DNA from: a virus
Length of the DNA stretch: 64,000 nucleotides
IMG/VR virus record: IMGVR_UViG_3300033146_003955
Coordinates: 1-64,000 of that record
Reading direction: 5' to 3' (one strand)
Shown: piece by piece, positions 19,901 to 27,584 of the stretch
Numbering within the stretch: position 1 is the stretch's first letter
How the letters are laid out: each line of letters begins with the position of its first letter
The notes under the pieces: model-generated
What the model was told of the DNA's origin: nothing
Databases searched by the model: none
Seen by the model: only the letters and a program-made list of their open reading frames with translations
Translations under genes and position numbers: made by a program

Positions 19901-21406
19901 CAAGAATTAATAGATAGAGCTAATGCAGATACTCTTATCCGAAATGATTTAACTCTTTATACCGATAATGCTATTGATGATTTAGCTGGTACTGGTAGAA
20001 TAGCACAAACAATAAAAAGTAATTGGGACCTCATTCAAACAAATATAATTGCAATTTCAGATTTAACAACTGCATCTGGTACTTTGTTGGCAGAACAAAA
20101 TAAAATCAAAGATGGTCTAGATGGTACAACTTGGGTTGACACAATGAATCTCTTTGCTCATAATAATAGACTTGATGCGACTGAAAGCGCAACTGGTACT
20201 AACACTACTAATATAGGTATTAACGCAACTGATATAAGTACTAATGCGGATGATATAGATTTGTTAGAAGGCAGAGCAACAACATTGGAAACTAACTTAG
20301 GGCAGGAAGTGATTGACAGAGGAAACGCTGACACACTTATTCGAAGTGACCTTGCTTCATCAGCGAACGCTCTCGGTGCTTCGCTTATAGGTATTGAAGA
20401 TGTTGCCGGTAGTTATGTTGCTATAAATGTTGAAGATGCTCTCGCTGAAATTGATTCCAAGCTTCAAGCACTTGTTGGTTCCCTTTCTTGGAAAGCTTCG
20501 GTGGCCGATGTTGTCTCTCTTCCTACAGTTGATAATAACTTAGGTGATGCAAGAACTGTTATGGATGATGGCGACGGTAAAGCTGCACAATATATATGGG
20601 ATGGCTCTTCTTGGATTAAAGTAGCAGATATAGATTGGGGTTCATCCTCAGATATAAGTCATGACCCAGTAAATTCAGGTCTTTTAGCAACAACAGTTAA
20701 AGGTGCTATTGATGAGTTGTATGCTCGTTCTGCCGCACCTAACAATTCAGAAGTAGAAGTTACAACAGTAGATTGGATTCCAGATTCTGGTAATTATTAT
20801 GTAGATATATTACATGAACTTGGAACAACAAATATATCTATAAGAGCTGTTGATGCATCTGGCATGGAAGTTGGTGTTGAAGAGTATGAAAGATTAAATA
20901 ACGATACAGTAAGAGTGTGGGTACCAGCTCCAACGGATACAACATTTACCATCTTCGGCGCAAACAATTCATACTCAAAATTAATTGGCTCTTGGACTCT
21001 CTCTGGTGGAATGTATTTAAAGGATATCGTTCATAACTTCGGTACGCAACAAATCATGATATCAGCATTTAACATCATGACTGGTGAACTAATAGGAATG
21101 AATAGTGTTGAAATAATTGATGATAATGCTATACGTATTATGACGGATAATAATTCAGATGTTATTAACGTATTCATTTTAAACAAAACAAGTGATGCTA
21201 AAACTAAAGATTTAGAATACTGGGTACCAAATAACGGTATGTATGAATGTATTTTACCGCTCGCAGTTGATTATGACGCTGTATACTCCTTTTTTGACCC
21301 AATAACAAACAAAACGGTTGGTGTTGACACGGTTAAGTTTGAAAGTGGAATGTTGAAAATTGTAAAAACTAACAATACACCATTAAGAATGGTAGTGCTG
21401 AGATAA
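10904..21406 (+). CDS. Giant 3500-aa virion structural protein (tail/baseplate/fibre-like)
   Basis: Repeated N-h-h-x-N-x-x-F-E...Q(F/L)E CBM-like modules, LamG-like and beta-helix-like segments, long heptad coiled coil, LP..GD..Y.WDG..W module, repeated C-terminal beta modules; TTG start with GGGGG SD. Confidence 0.7.
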   Translation: MARVKKWSSGTIGNEYPDHSERGNPNTSGLTIEGIPGIEGYIEEDRVIAYEDNRPLINLSQNDQVLESNLASVASEVDYGVLRGANEEFKVEVFNQKGFYSDPDGGDDLIEITPLRITAGQSIIDGQVVGVGNQKIIYFLKDDGSYLFPKYEDYEGNTVISVTDDLYRGVYKPVYDIVSDGLPTNFEDYEIKITNEYDTDPTRIQYFKVYRNWEDIIPFPPQSSNVEGEINFIYDENFGQNSEGLWLEGILPEGGSIDNVKVSDVVVKKNITVKDKFLPLDKFIENGGTYEQYIITDGIFFDNVPWKTEIQENKEVQDLYVTDNGDIYFIYKSDGTGNDYLYYLPKGSIQVSNKYLSNTSNQYITKIIEINNFIYILGTNGYFATFDLIIQPDDIKKYDYFSTISENFTDIIQWKYKIWISTDKNLYILDGDNSGAEDAFNLCEIINVGTELDTISNTTNLLNKINKLNIVEGNFFVDSSLKNDIKNYIKNPSFEKGGLGLTPTYWDVVGTGTFVVSSSLDAKYGEYKAVLENTDTLLETFQTFDINCETDQKFIFSVYLKSVNDIDVILKTEGFDLDGILINSIYTTVTITGGEDWTRFNNIPYIAAEGIKTVKVSIILESVGTIQVDAAQFEFGDISNQFVNGFEYLMIGFEKNLSDVSNPPFAFIDSKRIDAINYPTGIYGEIKTINDITAMGNNEIYFIDNNSIYSLIVLNDEDEYSRISIKNISDEYEDLNLKTKIEKLNTITTFDNRIFFGGNILNKSISFHTEDFTENHEITILDPTDSRVLGTGELEINGVYYNITNILGEPTYIKQHEEVASMIEFPRIEEIYEIDENAINTTGVYVPGANYLLAIQIDNNEPIIIIIEMPPQNEGPISVQEIYNKIIDAYTDSVIVFNIAYSNKKVEGLYSIGKNSLTRYIRGNINKIFKQLNIDKQSHYDKGFYIIREDSILRSKYDTNVKKIGDDYATLPTIVGEVENITLLPISANINDVIHVLDFGYYKWDGNSWIDTQYIYKWTLYDTDYELREFKNKYNQLITFSDDALNKNWVDLSITSGYKLTPGSLRVKTNVDTEIGFSENEDYFVDYENGKIIRSTLVNYLKDSNFEFVDILTDWQKYINTSSSGEINLEKRIESFTSFENEENVLGSYASLFITSSSTDNGAIYQIVTPTSLNVGDTYTFSVSLKTNKFKESKIRISECTNSNTDDFTNTLPGSELEYRIFDEDADPYNTWKRYVISHTITDVTSTKLRVEIHTDTDSIEQLFIKEAQLERNQIVTPYVRTNINSRLDAGAPVWVDYTETRTLTVGSDYSFDIENRKVILYNEPLEDTQLYFDYKYEKIFNPKIYGTSIPKFEITYDDRDDYFLYLYEGRIWAINLVLALLSQDEDNPLIINYNYHYPRIDKIKIRNIPDIYGNYIYIVKGKQDSINPYGPYDKGTQRLTHVQEVDRNEIENTKSNEMLYEINVLDNDYNNNDIYDRRIFIESRDHRYFNISLYDQTVGYMPFTKDFMSTSGMNPINKLNNSKIVDIIKNFDIKQLEEIGAWGSNYQLVLRNKLQYPATALSIFVDTDVYSDGTNKGSDTNSGVDKFNPLKTIKEAVRRIKEESAPPNIIVVSQSLIIEDIEINHIETINIFAETYARWKGNIQNITPLKMQGFIFENHNFYVVHELDLYYNTFKNCTVNNYIPTHIHFYNCEIDSGNNTFLYIKNILFPSPFLHPYQRNLNANDNVEGDPISVATEDLESIYPNVDSYNKLLVGNPSGDYRFERCLVNGLRDDFVRYDLTDEEPWISSFTFERSTIVKNANIFYTNKSSQNIIYNECILWENKEIRGTESKIFDSRSNITLQNCFIDFNSDESSDTINYNFNGDVYGRETCIDGSFNIEPGFISTQARFENYRLRSEAMGYLTDSINIGKATDGRDLGCYDELRERLDVEVPKKLKSYFAFIDEGIHYPIILNSEKITFTLEFKPSNSFNTPSVLFDTRSSADDKDYIMVVYNNNSGDKITDIEPDPTAEITDPYTFKIILVNEETKYVVVSPINMYSDADYQVWNTISFTANYEKTFNEKSTFDEKDKYQNIITFFHNEELAVESFLKNDLSYDDHNTILEGYNNDNTNAWNYNNISKFITISSSFDNKYILTGYYSELRIDNKFINRKELEAWNNKVVPFNDPITYIDQNNLARTFDSSIINELWTLKTKFDVGAKGHHFNELTNKRFTYDEGELIWVLTGPTENYLNNADLNESIFASVVTDIPPNNDTEDLFPIVFDHEMIIKTSGNTNFDSTTGIVVDFLDGGTQFYSHEELYVFLQNVLNDPVNVASKIQIELLTDKRFRISTNDYSAESISIEFKNDGDAEEFGFITPFTGNPPDPDDDYIVTQGIGYDGVGVSTIITGFKNINSIVITTGIVDTLSMEHNAWLEYGEQYTNLSPTSLGISRIITSNNDDTIEANDNNEDKYITILTHRKSSYEILSLYDETSIEPIEYTYSIYMYRRSNEFSQDDVKVVIIGDTLIEGIIEPDYQVEYEFDTIENIYGYWWKATKRIRILSDQSPDIGIIVKGELSFYIDAFQLEKGTFASPFVVDNNSNHGMLELDKALLKPDRGVIFFRFKPLFDYYTTEKKVLLEMLSSEEVNGVDVIDKTKGFRIWYKYNEEIQKGTIQFRTVKIEDDGDLPDDAAWEVVVLEQFFTNWHTIILSYDFNTKRFLYFFDYFKNAVDTGVNQYEFFTNLNIGSDIRGYETNGATIPEFSASADIMVKDVLITNYTTSDQELKNWINAHEFYKETLFNNLLDSYQHDMLDVIKSIENISVNTYDIEQNINLLNSRITSLDSIVDSATDIQLLKVRQDELRDEVFGSTSSILTNITDLDTARAAHNIRISTNSDSIAANNILIIENTNLIAQEVSDRINLINDLIVKLASTNLGDGASTIGVHDPNNKFTSTDVEAVLLEIEDRVSTNENGIANINNGVLGLQTEINQMQEGDGSTYEWTAAKAINNGWNIGSIRTDINQELIDRANADTLIRNDLTLYTDNAIDDLAGTGRIAQTIKSNWDLIQTNIIAISDLTTASGTLLAEQNKIKDGLDGTTWVDTMNLFAHNNRLDATESATGTNTTNIGINATDISTNADDIDLLEGRATTLETNLGQEVIDRGNADTLIRSDLASSANALGASLIGIEDVAGSYVAINVEDALAEIDSKLQALVGSLSWKASVADVVSLPTVDNNLGDARTVMDDGDGKAAQYIWDGSSWIKVADIDWGSSSDISHDPVNSGLLATTVKGAIDELYARSAAPNNSEVEVTTVDWIPDSGNYYVDILHELGTTNISIRAVDASGMEVGVEEYERLNNDTVRVWVPAPTDTTFTIFGANNSYSKLIGSWTLSGGMYLKDIVHNFGTQQIMISAFNIMTGELIGMNSVEIIDDNAIRIMTDNNSDVINVFILNKTSDAKTKDLEYWVPNNGMYECILPLAVDYDAVYSFFDPITNKTVGVDTVKFESGMLKIVKTNNTPLRMVVLR

Positions 21407-21651
21407 TGATATTATTTATGAACAGTAAAGTATTTGGCAGTAATAGATGGTTATTTGGTAAAGGTAATGTAGTTGAAAAGAACGGAGATGTTTATCAAAT
21501 AGATATTGATTGGATAATTGGCAACAGTGAAGCTGCTGAAAATACTCAAGGTCAATTTCATAAAGAATATGTATATGAAGAAAAAGACTTCGACAAAGAA
21601 AAAATAGTAATTGATTTATTATTTACTAGTAAAGAGATTTATAAATTTTAA
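21406..21651 (+). CDS. Small hypothetical protein (KIVIDLLF motif)
   Basis: TAATG coupling to the giant gene. Confidence 0.55.
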   Translation: MILFMNSKVFGSNRWLFGKGNVVEKNGDVYQIDIDWIIGNSEAAENTQGQFHKEYVYEEKDFDKEKIVIDLLFTSKEIYKF

Positions 21652-21696
21652 TGAGTTTTAACTCAATGGATATATTCCAATAAAAGGAGATTAAGT

Positions 21697-23568
21697 ATGG
21701 ATTGGCAAGGAAAAATAAACTTTCACAAACCTATTACGATTAACGACAAACCACATGGTGTTGAACATGAAAATACATTACCTGCATGGACAAGTGGTGA
21801 TAATGGCAGGGTAGTACACGCAGAAGATACCGGGATTTTATGGTTTGGTACTTCAACCGAGTGGGTAGAATTAACACCAGGTGGTATTGGTACTCATGAT
21901 CATGATGACCGGTATTATACAGAAACAGAAATAGATGGTTTTTTTGACGGTGAAAACGGTGGAAAGAAAACTATTAATTATACTAACGTACAAAACAAAC
22001 CTACAACATTTCCACCTGAGGCTCATAATCATAATGACTTATATTATACTGAGACTGAAGTTGATAGTTTAATAAGCGCGATAGATATTGATGCAGCTAC
22101 TTTTGAGAAATTAGATAGTGGAGGCGATGTCGGATCTGGAGCTGATCAATTAGCGCCAGGAAATCACATTCATACAGCTGCAGCAATAACTTATGACAAT
22201 ACAGTTTCAAGTCTTACAGCTACTGATGTTAAAAGTGCTATAGATGAATTAAGTGTTGAAAAGGGCGTTGAGTTTACGGATACACTGTTTGTAGCAAAAA
22301 ATGGTAATGATTCAAATGATGGATCAATGGATAATCCTTTTTTAACAGTACAGGCAGCAGTAACAGCTGCTGGAGCTCTAGGTACTTATGCCGTTGTATT
22401 TGTTTACCCAGGTACGTATGAGGAGGATTTAACTCTTTTGCCATACGTTTGTATATATGCCTTCGGAAAAGAACCTACAAGAATTGGCACAAATTCTGGA
22501 ACACATACACTTATATTTTCTGGTAATGGTAGAACTTTTTATAGTGGTGTTAATTTTAGATTAAATACGTTTAATATTACACATGCTCCAGGTGCTGGTG
22601 GCTCGATATCGGTGTGGTTTGAAGATTGCTCTGCCGGTGAAATTACTGTAAATGGTTTAGGTTGGAATGATTATATACAATTTAGAGGTTCAATATACTT
22701 ATATGATAAATTAACAGTTCACTCAGCTCATCTTACATGGTTTAATGGCGAGAGCCAAGTAACACTTGGTAGTGGTGATATACAAATTGAAGTTGATGAT
22801 GACGGAGCCGAAGCTTGGGACACATTATCAGGTCAAGCATGTACATGCACATTGAGAGATATTGAAATTGAAAATAAATTATTATTTGAAGGTAAAGTCA
22901 CTGCTTCGCTTTATAACTGCGGGGTATATAATACTATAACAGCTAACGGTGCGGATACAATTGTTAATTATGATAATAGTTCTACACCTGCAAACAGAGC
23001 AGATTTAATAGCATTAAACTCAGCAACATTTATGAGATTGGATGAAGCTTATGCAATAGATTATAATAACACATCGTCAGGAATAGCGGCTGATAATATA
23101 CAAGATGCTATTGACGAAGTACAGGCCAATATTACTGCAGTAAATGCTGAAGCCGCTACATTTGAAGCTTTAGACGCAGTAGGTGACATTGGTACTCTCG
23201 CAGATCAAGTTGCACGTGGTGACCACAATCATGATACAGATTATTATACAAAATTAGAATTTAGTGCTGGACAATTGGATGGCAGATACTATACAGAGAC
23301 TGAAATAAATAATATTTTAACTAGTTATTCTTTAGACAGCCATGTACATACTGCATTAGATATAACTTATGATAATTCAACTTCTGGGCTGGCAGCAATT
23401 AATGTCGAAAATGCTATTGATGAAGTACATGTCAATAGGAATATTCTTCCTTTAACGTCTGGAGTTCCGTTAACGTCACCAGCTATAGGTACTACGGAAT
23501 TTGATGAAAGTACGAATACATTATATATATACAATGGAACAACATGGGTTTTTACAACATTAGTATAA
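21697..23568 (+). CDS. Tail fibre/spike-like protein with H-x-H-D-D-R-Y-Y repeats and central beta-helix
   Basis: AAGGAG SD; HDHDDRYYTETE repeats; FVAKNGNDSNDGS..PFLTVQAA pectin-lyase-type N-cap. Confidence 0.7.
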   Translation: MDWQGKINFHKPITINDKPHGVEHENTLPAWTSGDNGRVVHAEDTGILWFGTSTEWVELTPGGIGTHDHDDRYYTETEIDGFFDGENGGKKTINYTNVQNKPTTFPPEAHNHNDLYYTETEVDSLISAIDIDAATFEKLDSGGDVGSGADQLAPGNHIHTAAAITYDNTVSSLTATDVKSAIDELSVEKGVEFTDTLFVAKNGNDSNDGSMDNPFLTVQAAVTAAGALGTYAVVFVYPGTYEEDLTLLPYVCIYAFGKEPTRIGTNSGTHTLIFSGNGRTFYSGVNFRLNTFNITHAPGAGGSISVWFEDCSAGEITVNGLGWNDYIQFRGSIYLYDKLTVHSAHLTWFNGESQVTLGSGDIQIEVDDDGAEAWDTLSGQACTCTLRDIEIENKLLFEGKVTASLYNCGVYNTITANGADTIVNYDNSSTPANRADLIALNSATFMRLDEAYAIDYNNTSSGIAADNIQDAIDEVQANITAVNAEAATFEALDAVGDIGTLADQVARGDHNHDTDYYTKLEFSAGQLDGRYYTETEINNILTSYSLDSHVHTALDITYDNSTSGLAAINVENAIDEVHVNRNILPLTSGVPLTSPAIGTTEFDESTNTLYIYNGTTWVFTTLV

Positions 23569-23580
23569 AGGAGAAAATAA

Positions 23581-26500
23581 ATGCCTAGAAATAGTAGTGA
23601 GTCTTCAATAAGAACACTGTGGGAAAATAATCCCGACACACCTTTAACAGCAGCGAATCTTTCACGGCTTCAAGATTTGACTGCTTCCTATCTCAACTCT
23701 GATGATCCGGTTTTATTTCCTGGTATCCATGTTGAAGGAAGTATTTTGTACGCAAACCCAGAAAATTCTTCACAATTAGTATTGAAGAGAGGTACAATAA
23801 TTCAAATAATAAATGAAGCTACTGATATGAGCGGTGATGCTATTATTCCTATTAATCAACAATATAGAGTATTTGATGTTGGTTTAGAAGATATTTATCT
23901 TACTTATTCTTTAACCGATGAAACTGAACAAAGCGGTACTACATGGGGTGGAGGGTTAAATGATTGGTTTGTTTATCTTTGCGATACAGATGACAGTACT
24001 ATATATAGTAAAACAGTCCCAAGTGATTATGGCGGTGGTGCACAAATTCTTATATCTAAAAGAAATACTTATCCTCTTGGTGATGTACCTGGTAGAGTTG
24101 GAACAGGAATAGCTGAAAGATATACAGAAAAAGATGTTCGTTTAATTGGTGGTTTTAAAACTAATGGTGACGTTATTATAACAGATTCAGTGTGGGATAT
24201 AGCTGGTAAAAGTCAAATAGCTAAAGCAAAAGCCTTTTATATATTAGATGAATATAATGTAAATGGCACAGTTTATAGACAGATTGAACTTCAGGACGTG
24301 AATACAACTGTACCAAATACCTTTAATTCTTCTCTAACTATTAATGGCAATTTAGATGTTTCAGATATAACTGGTAGGGATATAGCTGTTCAAAATATAA
24401 CATCTGTCGGAACGATAAATCAAACTGGTAATGTTAACATTGTTGGAGATACTAGCATTGACGGTGATACTGACATAACTAATGATTTTGATGTGCAAGG
24501 CGTTTCGACTTTAAATATTGTCAATGTCGATGGTATATTTAACATAGATGATAATTTTGTGGTTAACCCATTACTTTCAACAATTGAATCAAATTTTCCC
24601 TTCACACAAGAAGAAGTTTTTAATCTTAATGCTGATTTTTCACATATAGGTAATATTATACAACAAGGTAATGTAAGTTTAGGCAATCCCATAAGCGGTG
24701 ATAGTAATATCAATTTATTTGGAAATTTAACACACGATGGAACTGCAATATATAGTGGTTCATTTACTGTTAATAACGGAGACGAACTTAATCCTTACGA
24801 ATATTTTATAGTAAATCCTGATACGCAAACGATTGCATTAAACGCTTTAAGCGGCACTACAATTACAGGGCCATTGACGCTTGATGGTGAATTAGCTATG
24901 AATGCTGGTAATCAGCCCATTATTTTTAATACAACCGGCAGCATATCTTCTTCTGTTGGAACTGGAATTCCAAGAGGAGTTTGGGAACATTTAGGTGATT
25001 TTACAGTAAACAACGGTGTATTTACTGTACAACAAAACGATGGAAATCCTAGTATAGTAATAACTCCCGTGGGAGGAGCAACTCAACCAAATACTATAGA
25101 TATAACTGGTATAGTAACGACAACTATTCCGCAAAATGAAATTTTCTTAATACAGGATCATAATAATTTACCTATACTTGGTGCAGAGCAAAATTCGCCA
25201 ACTGAAAGAAGAGTGACAATAAATGATGTTCTTGAAATTAGTAATACAGGAACTGCAGATAATGCACTCTATGTAAATGGTAACTCGGACTTTCAAGGCG
25301 ATGTAACTATAAGTGGTATTTTAGATGCAAATATAAGTGGTGGGGCTACAACATCTGGCCAATGGTCAAATCCTTTAACTCTTAATTTTGTTGGAACTCA
25401 TATCGCTTCAGTTGGTGCTGTTGAGTTTGATGGAAGTGAAGGTTCTATTGATGTAACTCTTGAGGTGTATGATAATAGTCATAACCATACGAATTATCTT
25501 GAAGCTAGTAATTTCGATAGTACTATAAACGGAGGTGATGTAGTTGTTCATTGGGATCGGTTATCTAATCTTCCTTCTACTTGGACTCCTGCCGAGCATG
25601 ATAACGGAGCACATAGTGAAACTTATCTCACATGGGCTGATATAACGTTTTTAAATTTTAATAATTTAACCCTAATGGGTCCTGGAAGTGATCAATTCGC
25701 TATAGGTGATCACACTCATTCTGGAGTTTACTTAGAGGAAGTTGACGCAACAGACGTAAGTTTTGGTGCAAGTGATGTTGATACTGAACTTAATCGTTTA
25801 GACGGTGAACTTGCAAACTATATTCCTATTGACGGCGGTTCTGTATCAGTAGATACTGTACCAACTTTTACTGGTGGAATTTTAACAACTGGTATTGGTG
25901 AGAATATGAACAGAACAAATTATATATTTAGTAATATGTTGGCTACTAAAGCTGGTACCTATGATCCTCTTGCCATGGTAGGCATTCTATTTGGTGATGC
26001 AATAACCACTACTAATTCAACAGTTTTAGAGATTGGAACAAATCATATTCCTTATATAAGAGATTTAAGTACCAACCCATCAACTCAATATAGAATAGTA
26101 ACTTCTGATGGTACTGGTAATGTTGCTCCTTATGCTGCACGTTTTTCATCCCCAGTAAGTCTCAACTTTTTATCCTCGTCTAATGGTGTAAGTGGTGCGA
26201 CAATCACTGGCTCCGGTGGCGGTAGTGGTGCCATAGGTAATGGAGATGATTCAACGTTAGATATAGCACTTAATTTAGATATTGGAACTTCATCTACTCA
26301 AATAGCTGCTGGTGATCATGATCATACTTCTATAAGTGGTAGTGCTGCTAAGTTAACTTATTTAAGAAATATTTCACTGTCTGGTGATGTTACTGGTAAC
26401 GTTAATTTTAATGGCGCAAATGACGTAGTTATAGCTACTACTATTGATGGTACTAAACATACCCATAATACTCAATATCAAGCTAAAGAAGATGGATTTG

Positions 26501-26622
26501 TTTATGGGAGGGTATTTGCTGCAATGCCAAGTTCACCTAATAACGGTGATATATATATAGATCATTTTAGTGCGGCAGCATCTATGTATATAGGCGATTC
26601 TTGGAAACAAATAACAAACTAA
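23581..26622 (+). CDS. Tail fibre-like protein (WENNPDTP family)
   Basis: N-terminal WENNPDTP; GGFKT...SVWD; bactofilin-like beta repeats; ISLSGDVTG...F.G fibre motif; HxH motifs. Confidence 0.65.
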   Translation: MPRNSSESSIRTLWENNPDTPLTAANLSRLQDLTASYLNSDDPVLFPGIHVEGSILYANPENSSQLVLKRGTIIQIINEATDMSGDAIIPINQQYRVFDVGLEDIYLTYSLTDETEQSGTTWGGGLNDWFVYLCDTDDSTIYSKTVPSDYGGGAQILISKRNTYPLGDVPGRVGTGIAERYTEKDVRLIGGFKTNGDVIITDSVWDIAGKSQIAKAKAFYILDEYNVNGTVYRQIELQDVNTTVPNTFNSSLTINGNLDVSDITGRDIAVQNITSVGTINQTGNVNIVGDTSIDGDTDITNDFDVQGVSTLNIVNVDGIFNIDDNFVVNPLLSTIESNFPFTQEEVFNLNADFSHIGNIIQQGNVSLGNPISGDSNINLFGNLTHDGTAIYSGSFTVNNGDELNPYEYFIVNPDTQTIALNALSGTTITGPLTLDGELAMNAGNQPIIFNTTGSISSSVGTGIPRGVWEHLGDFTVNNGVFTVQQNDGNPSIVITPVGGATQPNTIDITGIVTTTIPQNEIFLIQDHNNLPILGAEQNSPTERRVTINDVLEISNTGTADNALYVNGNSDFQGDVTISGILDANISGGATTSGQWSNPLTLNFVGTHIASVGAVEFDGSEGSIDVTLEVYDNSHNHTNYLEASNFDSTINGGDVVVHWDRLSNLPSTWTPAEHDNGAHSETYLTWADITFLNFNNLTLMGPGSDQFAIGDHTHSGVYLEEVDATDVSFGASDVDTELNRLDGELANYIPIDGGSVSVDTVPTFTGGILTTGIGENMNRTNYIFSNMLATKAGTYDPLAMVGILFGDAITTTNSTVLEIGTNHIPYIRDLSTNPSTQYRIVTSDGTGNVAPYAARFSSPVSLNFLSSSNGVSGATITGSGGGSGAIGNGDDSTLDIALNLDIGTSSTQIAAGDHDHTSISGSAAKLTYLRNISLSGDVTGNVNFNGANDVVIATTIDGTKHTHNTQYQAKEDGFVYGRVFAAMPSSPNNGDIYIDHFSAAASMYIGDSWKQITN

Positions 26623-26649
26623 AGAAAGGAACTAGTTCCTTTCTTTAGT
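26618..26649. terminator. Bidirectional terminator, perfect 32-bp palindrome
   Basis: ACTAAAGAAAGGAACTAGTTCCTTTCTTTAGT between convergent genes. Confidence 0.75.
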
Positions 26650-26659
26650 AATAATATTT

Positions 26660-27355
26660 TTATTGGCGATTAAAAACTGATGTCGCAATTGTCAATATAT
26701 CCTCAGAAATATTAAAGCTATAAGTTTTATCAGCATATGCTTGATTTTCAAGGGTAACTATATTATTCGCTGTATTCCAAAAATTATATAATTCACTGTT
26801 ATCTATTTCATAAGTGCCATTGGCATAAAATTCAATGCTAAATGTACTTTGCCATTCTCCAACCAATCTGAAATCATGCTCTGCATCTATACCAAAAGTA
26901 ACAACTATCTCTTCTACATTTCCAATAGTATCTGTAGCTGTTACAATAACATATCCATAGCCATTAACAGGTTCGGTTACTAAACCGTTAGGAGCATTAT
27001 CAGACCATGTGACATCAAAATTAGAAGTGAGCTGAACAGTTGACGTATATAATACAGTTCCTTCTGTATAACCAGAAATAGTCAAATTTTCAGCTGTAAC
27101 AGTTATGGTATCTTTATAATTGTTATAGTCTGTAGCTATTACTTCAATTGAGCCAGCTTCTGTAATAGTTACTAAGCCGTTGGGAGCATTATTAGACCAT
27201 GTGACGGGAACATTAGCAGTAAGTTGAACTTTTGTTCCAACAGTTAAAACAGTTTCTTCTATATAACCAGAAATAATAACGTCTTCAGGAGGTTCCATAG
27301 CACAACTCATAAATATCACCATCACCAAAATAACTAAACTTATAATTTTTTTCAT
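26660..27355 (-). CDS. Lipoprotein with two Ig-like repeats
   Basis: MKKII + hydrophobic core + IFMS-C lipobox; duplicated ISGY.E.TVL...VQLT.N..VTWS.NAPNGLVT; GAGGTG SD. Confidence 0.75.
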   Translation of the reverse strand: MKKIISLVILVMVIFMSCAMEPPEDVIISGYIEETVLTVGTKVQLTANVPVTWSNNAPNGLVTITEAGSIEVIATDYNNYKDTITVTAENLTISGYTEGTVLYTSTVQLTSNFDVTWSDNAPNGLVTEPVNGYGYVIVTATDTIGNVEEIVVTFGIDAEHDFRLVGEWQSTFSIEFYANGTYEIDNSELYNFWNTANNIVTLENQAYADKTYSFNISEDILTIATSVFNRQ

Positions 27356-27404
27356 CTTATCACCTCTTATTCTTATTAAGCACCATCCGTGCTTTGTTAT
27401 GTTT

Positions 27405-27435
27405 AATTATACCATATTCATGATCTTATCCAAAA
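27405..27435 (-). promoter_or_regulatory. Sigma70-like promoter of the lipoprotein
   Basis: TTTTGGATAAGATCATGAATATGGTATAAT on the minus strand. Confidence 0.6.
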
Positions 27436-27584
27436 TCATCTACCCTATACTCAAAAGTGCGCGAGCCGATAGCAATATATAATTTCTGTAATATAAACAT
27501 AAAATATTTAAACATTATTTTTAAATATGTCTGAAATGTAACGATTTATGTTAAACGTAAAAGATATAAATGGAGGAAACATAT

